64,000 nt of DNA from Nocardioides sp. (GTDB lineage: Bacteria; Actinomycetota; Actinomycetes; Propionibacteriales; Nocardioidaceae), in contig NZ_DASXQG010000051.1 in NCBI RefSeq assembly GCF_036493135.1, forward strand, positions 5,785 through 69,784, written 5' to 3'. Shown here in pieces: positions 49,672 to 59,042 of the stretch. Under the pieces are notes generated by a model. It worked only from the letters and a program-made list of their open reading frames with translations, ran no database searches and was not told the origin of the DNA. Position 1 is the stretch's first letter; each line of letters starts with the position of its first letter. Both the position numbers and the translations under genes were made by a program.

Positions 49672-50757
49672 ATGGGTTCGGTACGAGTAGCAATCGTGGG
49701 CGTCGGCAACTGTGCGACGTCCCTGATCCAGGGCGTCGAGTACTACAAGGACGCCGACCCCGCGGGCAACGTCCCGGGTCTCATGCACGTCATGTTCGGT
49801 GACTACCACGTCCACGACGTCGAGTTCGTCGCCGCGTTCGACGTCGACGCAAAGAAGGTCGGCTTCGACCTTTCCGAGGCGACGCAGGCGTCGGAGAACA
49901 ACACCATCCGCATCTGCGACGTACCGCCGCTGGGGGTGACCGTGCAGCGCGGCCACACCCTCGACGGCCTCGGCAAGTACTACCTCGAGACCATCGAGGA
50001 GTCCGACGCCGAGCCGGTCGACATCGTGGCGAGCCTCAAGGACGCGAAGGCCGACGTGCTCGTCTCCTACCTCCCGGTGGGTTCCGAGGAGGCCGACAAG
50101 TTCTACGCCCAGTGCGCGATCGACGCCGGCGTGGCCTTCGTCAACGCGCTCCCGGTATTCATCGCCTCCGACCCCGAGTGGGCGGCGAAGTTCGAGGCGG
50201 CCGGCGTGCCGATCGTCGGCGACGACATCAAGTCGCAGGTCGGCGCGACCATCACCCACCGTGTCATCGCCAAGCTGTTCGAGGACCGCGGTGTCGCCCT
50301 GGATCGCACCTACCAGCTCAATGTCGGCGGCAACATGGACTTCAAGAACATGCTCGAGCGCGACCGCCTGCAGTCCAAGAAGGTCTCCAAGACCCAGTCG
50401 GTGACCTCGAACCTGCACGGCTCGCTGGGCGGCAAGATCGCCGACCGCAACGTCCACATCGGCCCGTCCGACTACGTGGCGTGGCTCGACGACCGCAAGT
50501 GGGCCTACGTCCGCCTCGAGGGTCGCGCGTTCGGCGACGTCCCGCTGAACATGGAGTACAAGCTCGAGGTCTGGGACTCCCCCAACTCGGCCGGCATCAT
50601 CATCGACGCGATCCGCGCCGCGAAGATCGCCATGGACCGCGGCCAGGGTGGCCCGATCATCTCGGCGTCGTCGTACCTGATGAAGAGCCCGCCGGTGCAG
50701 CTGCCCGACGACGAGGGCCGGGCCCGGGTGGAGGCCTTCATCCGCGGCGAGGAGTGA
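49672..50757 (+). CDS. ino1: myo-Inositol-1-phosphate synthase
   Basis: ORF 49672..50757. Has [32 protein letters not shown], and [21 protein letters not shown]. Confidence 0.95.
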   Translation: MGSVRVAIVGVGNCATSLIQGVEYYKDADPAGNVPGLMHVMFGDYHVHDVEFVAAFDVDAKKVGFDLSEATQASENNTIRICDVPPLGVTVQRGHTLDGLGKYYLETIEESDAEPVDIVASLKDAKADVLVSYLPVGSEEADKFYAQCAIDAGVAFVNALPVFIASDPEWAAKFEAAGVPIVGDDIKSQVGATITHRVIAKLFEDRGVALDRTYQLNVGGNMDFKNMLERDRLQSKKVSKTQSVTSNLHGSLGGKIADRNVHIGPSDYVAWLDDRKWAYVRLEGRAFGDVPLNMEYKLEVWDSPNSAGIIIDAIRAAKIAMDRGQGGPIISASSYLMKSPPVQLPDDEGRARVEAFIRGEE

Positions 50758-50788
50758 CCCGCTCGCCGTACTGACGACTACTCGTTCC

Positions 50789-50833
50789 GAACCGGACCCC
50801 GGTCCCGCCGCTCGGCGGACCGGGGTCCGGTTC
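50789..50833 (+). terminator. Strong intrinsic terminator (17-bp perfect stem GAACCGGACCCCGGTCC/GGACCGGGGTCCGGTTC)
   Basis: Lies 32 nt after the ino1 stop. The loop region can extend the stem. Followed by GTTCTC. Confidence 0.75.
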
Positions 50834-50876
50834 GTTCTCGGCCCGATCGGACCGTGACAGGGGGCGTCGGCACCCC

Positions 50877-50882
50877 TAGATT
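50877..50882 (+). promoter_or_regulatory. -10-like TAGATT, 7 nt upstream of ATG 50890
   Basis: CACCCCTAGATT-N7-ATGAGCGACCCGAC. Duplicated at 51860. Confidence 0.45.
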
Positions 50883-50889
50883 CGCCCGC

Positions 50890-51807
50890 ATGAGCGACCC
50901 GACCGAGCCCCCGCGGCCCGAAGGATCCGACGACGCGCCGTCCCCGCCGCCCCCGAGCGGGTACGACGCACCGGCGCCACCGCCTCCGCCGCCACCATCG
51001 GGTGGCGACCCGTACGGCGGCGCCGGCGGCGCCGCGGGTGGTGGCGGGTACGGCGACGGGGGGTACGGCGCGCCTCCACCGCCCGGCCCCTACGGCCAGC
51101 CTCAGCCGGCGGGGTACAGCCCCACCGAGGCGATCGGCTACGGCTGGCGGAAGTTCACCGCCAGCCCGACGACGCTGCTGGTCCCGATGATCGTGGTCTG
51201 GGTCGTGCTCGTGGTGATCTCGGTCCTGCTCGAGATCCTCGTCTACCGGACCCTGCTGTCCACCCACGACTGCACCCGGGTCGTCGGCGGAGTGTCGGTG
51301 TCGGGGCAGTGCAGCCCGAGCTTCGTCACCCAGCTGTTCGGCGGGGCGCTGATCTCAGCGGTCATCATCGTGGTCTTCAATGTCGCGGCCGCGGGCCTCT
51401 ACAAGGGCGCGACCAACGTCACCGACGGCAAGCCGTTCAGCCTGGGCCAGATGTTCGACGGGTGGGACAAGGGACAGGTCGCGCTGGCAGCCGTGTTGAT
51501 CGCGGTCGCCACCGCGATCGGCTCGTTCCTGTGCTACATCCCGGGCCTGATCGTCGGGTTCCTCACGATGTTCACCATCCTGTTCGTCGTCGACAAGCAG
51601 ATGGGTGCCGTCGACGCGATCAAGGCGAGCGTCAAGCTGGTCACCGACAACCTCGGCAGCACGATCGTGTTCTACCTGCTCGCCGCCGTGGTCATCGTCG
51701 TCGGCGCCTGCCTGTGCCTGGTGGGTCTCCTCGTCGCCGCACCCGTGGTGCTGGTCGGCCTGGCCTACACCTACCGCCGGCTGCAGAACGAACCGGTGGT
51801 CGCCTGA
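50890..51807 (+). CDS. Membrane protein, paralog 1 (Pro/Gly-rich N-terminal extension)
   Basis: M13 of ORF 50854..51807. PPPPSGYDAPAPPPPPPPSGG..., then EAIGYGWRKFTASPTTLLVPMIVV and about 5 TM segments. Ends AYTYRRLQ. Confidence 0.75.
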   Translation: MSDPTEPPRPEGSDDAPSPPPPSGYDAPAPPPPPPPSGGDPYGGAGGAAGGGGYGDGGYGAPPPPGPYGQPQPAGYSPTEAIGYGWRKFTASPTTLLVPMIVVWVVLVVISVLLEILVYRTLLSTHDCTRVVGGVSVSGQCSPSFVTQLFGGALISAVIIVVFNVAAAGLYKGATNVTDGKPFSLGQMFDGWDKGQVALAAVLIAVATAIGSFLCYIPGLIVGFLTMFTILFVVDKQMGAVDAIKASVKLVTDNLGSTIVFYLLAAVVIVVGACLCLVGLLVAAPVVLVGLAYTYRRLQNEPVVA

Positions 51808-51859
51808 CGGACCCAACCCTGGGTCCCTGTGACCAGTGACAGGTGCACACCTGCACCCC

Positions 51860-51865
51860 TAGATT
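51860..51865 (+). promoter_or_regulatory. -10-like TAGATT, 7 nt upstream of ATG 51873
   Basis: Same CACCCCTAGATT-N7-ATGAGCGACCCGAC context as paralog 1. Confidence 0.45.
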
Positions 51866-51872
51866 GCCTGCC

Positions 51873-52619
51873 ATGAGCGACCCGACTGACCCTGCCGCCT
51901 TCGGGGGCCCGGTGGACGGCACGCCGTACCGAGCGACCGAGGCGATCTCCTACGGCTGGCGGAAGTTCAAGGCCGGTCCCAGCACGCTGCTGGTCCCGAT
52001 GATCGTGGTCCTCGTCGTCCTGGTGGTCGTGGGCCTGATCTTCGCGTTCGTGGCCGGAGGCGGGTTCTTCGGGACGAAGTCCTGCGAGACGGGGAACATC
52101 GGCGGCCAGGCCACCGTGGACTGCGGTCAGTCGTTCTGGCGGCAGTTGCTGGGTGCCGGGCTGGGTGCCGGGCTCATCTCGTTGGTCGCGCAGATCATGC
52201 TTGCCGGCATCTACCGCGGAGCCCTGCGGGTCATCGACGGCGAGGGATTCAGTCTGGGTGAGCTGTTCGAGGGCTACAACAAGATGCAGGTGGTCTTCGC
52301 GGCCATCTTCATCGCTCTGGCCACCGCGATCGCCACCGTCCTGTGCTACCTGCCCGGAGTCCTGATCGCCTTCTTCACGTCGTACACCCTGTTCTTCATC
52401 GTCGACCAGCAGCTCGAGGCCGCAGAGGCGATCCAGGCGAGCGTGAAAATGGTCTGGCACAACTTCGGCCACGCCCTGCTGTTCCTCATCCTGGCCGCCA
52501 TCTGCGTCGCGATCGGGTTCATCGTGCTCATCGTCGGCCTGCTCGTCGCCGTGCCGGTGGTGGTGTTCGGGGCCGCCTACACCTATCGGCGCCTGGAGGG
52601 ACTGCCGGTCGGCCCGTGA
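51873..52619 (+). CDS. Membrane protein, paralog 2
   Basis: M11 of ORF 51843..52619. EAISYGWRKFKAGPSTLLVPMIVV..., ends AYTYRRLE. Confidence 0.75.
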   Translation: MSDPTDPAAFGGPVDGTPYRATEAISYGWRKFKAGPSTLLVPMIVVLVVLVVVGLIFAFVAGGGFFGTKSCETGNIGGQATVDCGQSFWRQLLGAGLGAGLISLVAQIMLAGIYRGALRVIDGEGFSLGELFEGYNKMQVVFAAIFIALATAIATVLCYLPGVLIAFFTSYTLFFIVDQQLEAAEAIQASVKMVWHNFGHALLFLILAAICVAIGFIVLIVGLLVAVPVVVFGAAYTYRRLEGLPVGP

Positions 52620-52632
52620 CCGGGCAGGGCGC

Positions 52633-54732
52633 CTAGGAGCGCGCCGCGAGCACGAGGGGCAGCACCTCGGTCGTCCCGGCCTGACGCAGCGCTCTCGCGG
52701 CCAGCGTCAGCGTCCAGCCGGTCACGACCTGGTCGTCGACGAGCAGGACCGGCCCGGGCGGGACGTCGGCCTCGAGCCGGTACCTCCGCGTCACCGCGGC
52801 CACCCGCTGGGCGGAGTTCATCGCTCCCTGACCCGGATGGACGGTCGGGTCGGCGATCGCCCAACGGCCGATGATCGGCTTCGACAGGTGGCGAGACAGC
52901 CCGGCGGCCAGGTCGGCGGTGAGGGTGGGTCGGCCGGCGGACTCCACCACGACGATGCCCTCGACCTGTGGCCGCCAATCGTGGAGAACCTCGAGGACGG
53001 TGTGCACGAGACCCTCGGGCACGCGCTGGTCGGAGACGGGCTCGGCGAAGAGCTCGCGGAGCGCCTGGCCGTGGCCGAGGTCGGTCAGCCGGGCCACGGC
53101 CCGACCGGGCTCCGCCCCCTCGCCGATGCGCCCGCGGAGGTCGAGCCCGAGGTTGGCCAGCGCGGTCGGCCACATCACCCGCGGCTCGACGACCACGCCT
53201 GGACGGGCCAGTCGCGTGCGTGCCTCCTCGACGGCCGGCGCCGAGACGGACGTCGAGAGCTCGAGCCCGCCGCAGGTGTCGCAGCGCCCGCACCGGGTGG
53301 TCTCGGAGACGTCGGGATCGTCGAGCTGGTCGCGCAGGAACCACATGCGGCACCGGTCGGTGTCGAGGTAGTCGAGCATCGCCCGCTGCTCGCGAGCACG
53401 CGCCTCGGCCACCCGCGCGTAACGGTCTACGTCGTACGTCCACTCCTCGCCGGTCGACTCCCAGCCGCCCCGGACCCGGCGTACGGCGCCGTCGACGTCG
53501 AGTACCTTCAGCATCTGCTCGAGGCGGCTCCGGCCGAGGTCGACCAAGGTCTCCAGGGTGGCGGTGCTCGCCACTCCCTCCGCCGCGAGAACGCGCAGCG
53601 TGTGGCGCACCTGGTCCTCGCGGGGGAAGGCGAGCGAGGCGAAGTAGGCCCAGATGTCCTTGTCCTCCTGCTGCGGGAGCAGGACCACCGGGGCGCTGTC
53701 GGTGCCACGTCCGGCGCGACCGACCTGTTGGTAGTAGGCGACCGGAGACTGCGGCGCCCCGAGGTTGACCACGAACCCGAGCGTCGCGTCGAAGCCCATG
53801 CCCAGCGCGCTGGTCGCCACCAGCGCCTTGACCTGACCGGTCGCGAGCCGCTCCTCGAGCCCGAGGCGCTCGGTGGGCTCGGTCTGACCGGAGTACGCCG
53901 CGACGTCGTGGCCGCGAGCGCGGAGGTAGTCGGCCACCTGCTGCGTCGCGGCGACGGTCAGGCAGTAGACGATGCCCGACCCCGGCTGCTCGTCGAGGTG
54001 GTCGGCCAGCCAGGCCAGGCGCTGCTCGGGAGTGGTCATCCGGACGACACCGAGCCGGAGCGACTCACGGTCGAGCGAGCCGCGCAGCACGAGCGCGTCG
54101 CTGGACGCGTCGGCGGTGGCGAGCTGCTCGGCGACGTCGGCGCTGACCCGGGCGTTCGCGGTGGCGGTGGTCGCCAGCACCGGGATGCCGGCGGGCAGGT
54201 CGGCGAGGAGGGTGCGGATGCGGCGGTAGTCGGGCCGGAAGTCGTGTCCCCAGTCGGAGATGCAGTGCGCCTCGTCGACGACCAGCAGGCCGCAGGTCGC
54301 GGCCAGGCGCGGCAGCACCTCGTCGCGGAAGCCGGGGTTGTTGAGCCGCTCCGGGCTGACCAGCAGCACGTCGACCTCACCGGCGTTGACCGCGGTCTGG
54401 ATCTCCTCCCACTGCTCGACGTTCGTGGAGTTGATCGTGACGGCGCGGATGCCGGCCCGCTCGGCGGCGGCGATCTGGTTGCGCATCAATGCCAGCAGCG
54501 GCGAGACGATCACGGTCGGGCCGGCGCCTTGGGCGCGCAGCAGGAGCGTGGCCACGAAGTAGACCGCCGACTTGCCCCAGCCGGTGCGCTGGACCACGAG
54601 GGCGCGACGTCGGTCGACCACGAGCGCCTCGATCGCGGCCCACTGGTCGTCGCGCAGGACGGCGTCCTCGCGCCCGACCAGGGCGCGCAGATGTCGCTCG
54701 GCGTCGGCCCGCACGTCGGTCGTGGTGGTCAT
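52633..54732 (-). CDS. recQ: RecQ-family ATP-dependent DNA helicase with C-terminal phosphoribosyltransferase-like domain
   Basis: ORF 52633..54732. Has TGWGKSAVYF, VVDEAHCISDWGHDFRPDY, and the Zn motif CGRCDTC. The C-terminus has VLLVDDQVVTGWTLTLAARALRQAG (PRTase-type loop). Confidence 0.85.
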   Translation of the reverse strand: MTTTTDVRADAERHLRALVGREDAVLRDDQWAAIEALVVDRRRALVVQRTGWGKSAVYFVATLLLRAQGAGPTVIVSPLLALMRNQIAAAERAGIRAVTINSTNVEQWEEIQTAVNAGEVDVLLVSPERLNNPGFRDEVLPRLAATCGLLVVDEAHCISDWGHDFRPDYRRIRTLLADLPAGIPVLATTATANARVSADVAEQLATADASSDALVLRGSLDRESLRLGVVRMTTPEQRLAWLADHLDEQPGSGIVYCLTVAATQQVADYLRARGHDVAAYSGQTEPTERLGLEERLATGQVKALVATSALGMGFDATLGFVVNLGAPQSPVAYYQQVGRAGRGTDSAPVVLLPQQEDKDIWAYFASLAFPREDQVRHTLRVLAAEGVASTATLETLVDLGRSRLEQMLKVLDVDGAVRRVRGGWESTGEEWTYDVDRYARVAEARAREQRAMLDYLDTDRCRMWFLRDQLDDPDVSETTRCGRCDTCGGLELSTSVSAPAVEEARTRLARPGVVVEPRVMWPTALANLGLDLRGRIGEGAEPGRAVARLTDLGHGQALRELFAEPVSDQRVPEGLVHTVLEVLHDWRPQVEGIVVVESAGRPTLTADLAAGLSRHLSKPIIGRWAIADPTVHPGQGAMNSAQRVAAVTRRYRLEADVPPGPVLLVDDQVVTGWTLTLAARALRQAGTTEVLPLVLAARS

Positions 54733-54806
54733 GTGTCCTGTCTAGCAGCGACCGCCGACCCGGCGGGCGGGCCCTCCACAGGTCGGCGCGGGCTCAGCAT
54801 CCAGGC

Positions 54807-55316
54807 TCAAGCCCGGTACTCCTCGGGCAGCTCGATCCCGAACCGCTCACACAGCAGGGGTACGTCGTGCCGGTCCACGGGTCGCAGCGGATAGCCGGAG
54901 TGCCACCGGATCGACCACGTGGCGTCCTCGCACCGCACCGGCGCACGGGAGATGGCGCCGTGCCCTCCCAGCGCCTCGGCGGGAACGCGCTCGCCGCCCA
55001 CGACGCTGCCGTAGTGCCACGACCCGTCGTCGACCCACTCGTAGAGGTGCAGGTCGATCCGCAGCTCAGCGCCGTCATGGAGCACGAAGTTCCACGGCCG
55101 GTCCCCGGGCCACGGGAACAACCGGTCGACTCCGACTTCCGCGAGTGCCACGAAGAGCGGCTCGACCTCCGCGGCCGAAACCCAGAGGTCGAGGTCCGAA
55201 TGCTCCCGCGTCTGCTCCCCGAGCAGCGCATCGACGGCCCAGCCACCTCCGACGCACGCATCGACCCCGTGCTCGCTCAGCGCGCCCAGCAGCCGCACGG
55301 CGGAGTCCGCGGTCAT
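54807..55316 (-). CDS. ANT(2'')-like nucleotidyltransferase family protein
   Basis: M132 of ORF 54807..55709. VDACVGGGWAVDALLGEQTREHSDLDLWV and APVRCEDATWSIRWHSGYP parallel the LWIGGGWAIDARLG..HDDIDL and RPVRC blocks of ANT(2'')-Ia. Confidence 0.6.
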   Translation of the reverse strand: MTADSAVRLLGALSEHGVDACVGGGWAVDALLGEQTREHSDLDLWVSAAEVEPLFVALAEVGVDRLFPWPGDRPWNFVLHDGAELRIDLHLYEWVDDGSWHYGSVVGGERVPAEALGGHGAISRAPVRCEDATWSIRWHSGYPLRPVDRHDVPLLCERFGIELPEEYRA

Positions 55317-55354
55317 GACGTGCCGCGGTCCGGATCTCGACCTCCCGGGCGTCG

Positions 55355-56812
55355 TCACTCGCGGTCGGCCCACCAGGCGATCAGCGCTGCCTTGGCGTCG
55401 TCGTACGCGTGCGGGCCCTCGTCGAGGCGGAGCTCCAGCAGGAAGCGGTACGCCGCGCCGACGTCGCGGCCCTGCGGGATGTCGAGGATCTCCATGATCT
55501 GCGTGCCGTCGAGGTCGGGCCGGATCGAGGCCAGCTCCTCCTCGGCCGACAACCGCGCGATCCGCGCCTCGAGCTCGTCGTAGGTACGCCGCAGCCGCTC
55601 GGCCTTGCGCTCGTTGCGAGTGGTGCAGTCGGCACGGGTCAGCACGTGCAGCCGCTCGAGCTGGTCCCCGGCGTCGCGGACGTAGCGCCGCACGGCCGAG
55701 TCGGTCCACTGCCCGTCGCCGTACCCGTGGAAGCGCAGGTGCAGCTCGACCAGCTTCGAGACCGCATCGGTGGTCTCGCCGGAGAACTTCAAAGCCTGCA
55801 TCCGCGTGCGGGTGAGCTTCGCACCGACGACGTCGTGGTGGTGGAAGGTCACCGACCCGTCCGCCAGGAAACGGCGCGTGCGCGGCTTGCCCACATCGTG
55901 CATCAGCGCGGCGAAGCGCGAGACGAAGTCCGGTCCTCCGAGGCGGTCCTCGAGGTCGATCGACTGCTCGAGCACCGTGAGCGTGTGCTGGTAGACGTCC
56001 TTGTGCCGATGGTGCTCGTCCTTCTCCAGGATCAGGGCGGGCAGCTCAGGCAGCACGAGCGCGGCCAGCCCGGTGTCGACCAGCAGCGTCAGCCCGAGCC
56101 GTGGGTACGCCGCAAGCACGAGCTTCACCAGCTCCTCGCGGACCCGCTCCGCCGAGATGATCTCGATCCGGCCGGCCATCTCGGTCATCGCCCCGACCAC
56201 CGCCGGGTCGACCTCGAAGCCGAGCTGGGCGGCGAACCGGGCGGCCCGCATCATCCGCAGCGGGTCGTCGGAGAAGGAGTCCTCGGGTCGCCCCGGCGTC
56301 CGCAGCACGCCATGCGCGAGGTCGACCACGCCGCCGTACGGGTCGACGAACTCGCGGGACGGCACCCGTACCGCCATCGCGTTCACGGTGAAGTCGCGAC
56401 GGCCGAGGTCACCGTCGAGGCTGTCGCCGAAGTCGACCGACGGCTTGCGTGAGGCCGCGTCGTACTCCTCCGAGCGGTACGTCGTGATCTCGACCTGGAA
56501 CGGTCCCTTGCGACTCCCGATCGTGCCGAACGCCCGCCCGATGTCCCAGGTGGCGTCGGCCCAACCCGCGAGCAGGAGCTCGATCTGCTCCGGGCGTGCG
56601 GACGTCGTGAAGTCGAGGTCGTTGTGGCGGCGGCCGAGCATCGCATCGCGGACCGGGCCGCCGACCAGGGCCAGCTCGTGCCCGGCCTTGTCGAAGAGTC
56701 CGCCCAGCTCGTCGAGGACCGGTCCGATCCGGTCGAGCTCCGCGGCGACGCTGCGTTGGGCGTCGGCGAGACGAACGCTCCCCCGCGGTCGGCGATCGTC
56801 TGCTTCGGACAC
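55355..56812 (-). CDS. cca: CCA-adding tRNA nucleotidyltransferase (PcnA-type with HD domain)
   Basis: ORF 55355..56812. Has LVGGPVRDAMLGRRHNDLDFTT, RRDFTVNAMA, and HHRHKDVYQHTL. Confidence 0.9.
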   Translation of the reverse strand: MSEADDRRPRGSVRLADAQRSVAAELDRIGPVLDELGGLFDKAGHELALVGGPVRDAMLGRRHNDLDFTTSARPEQIELLLAGWADATWDIGRAFGTIGSRKGPFQVEITTYRSEEYDAASRKPSVDFGDSLDGDLGRRDFTVNAMAVRVPSREFVDPYGGVVDLAHGVLRTPGRPEDSFSDDPLRMMRAARFAAQLGFEVDPAVVGAMTEMAGRIEIISAERVREELVKLVLAAYPRLGLTLLVDTGLAALVLPELPALILEKDEHHRHKDVYQHTLTVLEQSIDLEDRLGGPDFVSRFAALMHDVGKPRTRRFLADGSVTFHHHDVVGAKLTRTRMQALKFSGETTDAVSKLVELHLRFHGYGDGQWTDSAVRRYVRDAGDQLERLHVLTRADCTTRNERKAERLRRTYDELEARIARLSAEEELASIRPDLDGTQIMEILDIPQGRDVGAAYRFLLELRLDEGPHAYDDAKAALIAWWADRE

Positions 56813-56867
56813 GGAGGCACAGCGTAGTGGGGTGCGCGGGGGCCCGGGGCATGCGGACGCGCACCAC

Positions 56868-56873
56868 TAGCAT
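56868..56873 (+). promoter_or_regulatory. -10-like TAGCAT, 6 nt upstream of GTG 56880
   Basis: TANNNT-CGGGGC-GTG. Confidence 0.3.
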
Positions 56874-56879
56874 CGGGGC

Positions 56880-59042
56880 GTGCTCCGCCCGTCCTCGCTG
56901 CCGCATGCCCTGGCAGTGGTGGCGGCAGTGGTGGCGGCGGTGGTGGTCTCCACGGTCCTGGCGGTGCTCGGCGCAGGCCTCGTCGGGCCGACGCCGAGCG
57001 CTCGAGGCGCGTCCGCGCCCACCGATCCGGAGCAACCGCTGGTACCCCGGATCAGGTCGATCAGCCCGGACTACGTGCCCGACACAGGGCCGATCATCAT
57101 CCGCGGAACCCTCACCAACGTGTCGCGCCAGACCTGGACCGCGATCAACGTGCATGGCTTCATGGGCTCGACACCGCTCACCACGACCGCCGAGCTGAAC
57201 GACGCAGCGAGCACCCCGCTCAACGCCGACGTCGGCCACCGGATCACCGTGCCCGGCACCTTCGACAGCATCGCCTCGCTCGCCCCGGGCCAGAGCACCA
57301 CCTTCAAGGTCAAGCTGCCGCAGTCCACGCTGCCGGTGTCGTCACCGGGCGTCTACTGGTTCGGCGTCCACGTGCTCGGCGACAACGGCACGGGCGGCAC
57401 ACGGGTGGCGGTCGGGCGCGATCGGACCTTCCTTCCCTACGTGCCGCAGTCCGCGCTCGCCAACGCCGAGCACGAGGACGCGGCGCTCGTCGTCCCGGTC
57501 CGTGCGGGCGTCGCCCGCGGACCGGACGGCGCCGTCGTCGACCCCGGGCTCTGGGCGCAGAGCCTCCGGTCCGGACCACTTCACAACGCCGTCGCGATCG
57601 GGAAGGCGGCGAGCGAACGGCCGCTGACGTGGCTGGTCGACCCGGCCGTGCCCGACGTCGTACGTCGTCTGGCGGAGGGCAACCCGGCCCGGACACTCAC
57701 CGCTCCCGAGCAGCCCGGCCAGGGCAACGAGTCGCCGAGCGCGTCCCCGACCGCCTCGAGCTCGGCCAGCTCGTCCGGCGCCGCGGAGACGGTCCCGACC
57801 CCCGCGACCGCCCGCGCGGCCAAGCGCTGGCTCCAGCGGTTCCACGCGCTGCTCGGCGCCGACACCGGCGAGATCCTGGGTCTTCCCTACGGCGACCTCG
57901 CCGTCGACAGCGCAGCCGCGTACGACGTGCCACTGCTGCGGGCCGGGTTCAAGCGCACGGGCCACTCCCTCCGCCCGTGGGGGCTGCCGTTGAGCACCGT
58001 CGACGCCCCGCCCGACGGCCGCACTACCGGCGACACGATCTCCCGTCTTCCGCACGACACGACCGTGCTGCTGCCGGACACGGGGGTCCAGGACCAGACG
58101 CACGTGATCAACCGGGTGAACGGGCACCGGGTGATCCTGGCCTCGCCGTCGGCCGCGCAAGGCGGGCCCGGTCCGGTGGACCCGCAGAGCTCGCTGGCGT
58201 TGCGTCAGCGGATCCTGTCCGAGGCCGCCCTCCGGGTCCTCGACGACCAGCAGCCACTCGTGGTGGAGCTGCCGACGGACACGCGGCGGCCGCTGGGTCC
58301 CGGCTTCTTCTCCGGGCTCGACGTCCCGTGGCTTCGGCTGACCACACTCGACGGCGCCACCGCGGGGACCCCGACCCCGCTCGACGCCACCCGCCTGCTG
58401 GAGCCTCCGTCCGACACCCCGCAGTTCGACCCGGACCTCTATCTGACGGCGCAGGACATCCTGGAGAACGGCAGCAAGCTCGAGTCGGTGCTGGCCGAGA
58501 ACGGCGCGCTGGCCAAGGAGCTGTTCGACGAGGTCACCGGCAACGCGTCGTACTCCGCTGAGCGCGAGCCGCTGCTGGCGCTGTACCGGATGCAGGGCAT
58601 CGACCACTGGGTCGGCGCGAACCTCGACGCCATCGACCTGGCCGCGCCGGAGTCGGTCACCCTGGCCGGTACGTCGGGCCGCTTCTCGGCGATCGTCAGC
58701 AACGAGCTCGACGTTCCGGTGACGGTCACGGTCCGGGCCGTCTCCGACCCGCAGCTGACGATCACCGGTGGCGAGGTCGTTCCGCTGGCGCCCCACGGCC
58801 GCACCACGGTGCTGCTCAACGCGACGACCCACCAGCGCGGCGTCCACACCGTGAGGCTCGAGCTCACCACGCCCGACGGTCGCCCGATCGGCGCGGCCGA
58901 CCCGTTCCCCATGCGGGCCGAGCAGGTGAGCCGGCTGATCTGGGTGATCATCGGAGCCGGAGTCGCGCTCCTGTTCGCCACGATCATCGTCCGGCTCGTC
59001 CGACGCGTCGTCCGGGCCCGATCGGGTGGACCCTCCGCGTGA
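56880..59042 (+). CDS. Large exported/membrane-anchored protein conserved upstream of murJ (DUF6049 / Rv3909-like)
   Basis: ORF 56880..59042. N-terminal TM, C-terminal TM (LIWVIIGAGVALLFATIIV), and a GTGA overlap with the murJ start. Confidence 0.7.
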   Translation: MLRPSSLPHALAVVAAVVAAVVVSTVLAVLGAGLVGPTPSARGASAPTDPEQPLVPRIRSISPDYVPDTGPIIIRGTLTNVSRQTWTAINVHGFMGSTPLTTTAELNDAASTPLNADVGHRITVPGTFDSIASLAPGQSTTFKVKLPQSTLPVSSPGVYWFGVHVLGDNGTGGTRVAVGRDRTFLPYVPQSALANAEHEDAALVVPVRAGVARGPDGAVVDPGLWAQSLRSGPLHNAVAIGKAASERPLTWLVDPAVPDVVRRLAEGNPARTLTAPEQPGQGNESPSASPTASSSASSSGAAETVPTPATARAAKRWLQRFHALLGADTGEILGLPYGDLAVDSAAAYDVPLLRAGFKRTGHSLRPWGLPLSTVDAPPDGRTTGDTISRLPHDTTVLLPDTGVQDQTHVINRVNGHRVILASPSAAQGGPGPVDPQSSLALRQRILSEAALRVLDDQQPLVVELPTDTRRPLGPGFFSGLDVPWLRLTTLDGATAGTPTPLDATRLLEPPSDTPQFDPDLYLTAQDILENGSKLESVLAENGALAKELFDEVTGNASYSAEREPLLALYRMQGIDHWVGANLDAIDLAAPESVTLAGTSGRFSAIVSNELDVPVTVTVRAVSDPQLTITGGEVVPLAPHGRTTVLLNATTHQRGVHTVRLELTTPDGRPIGAADPFPMRAEQVSRLIWVIIGAGVALLFATIIVRLVRRVVRARSGGPSA

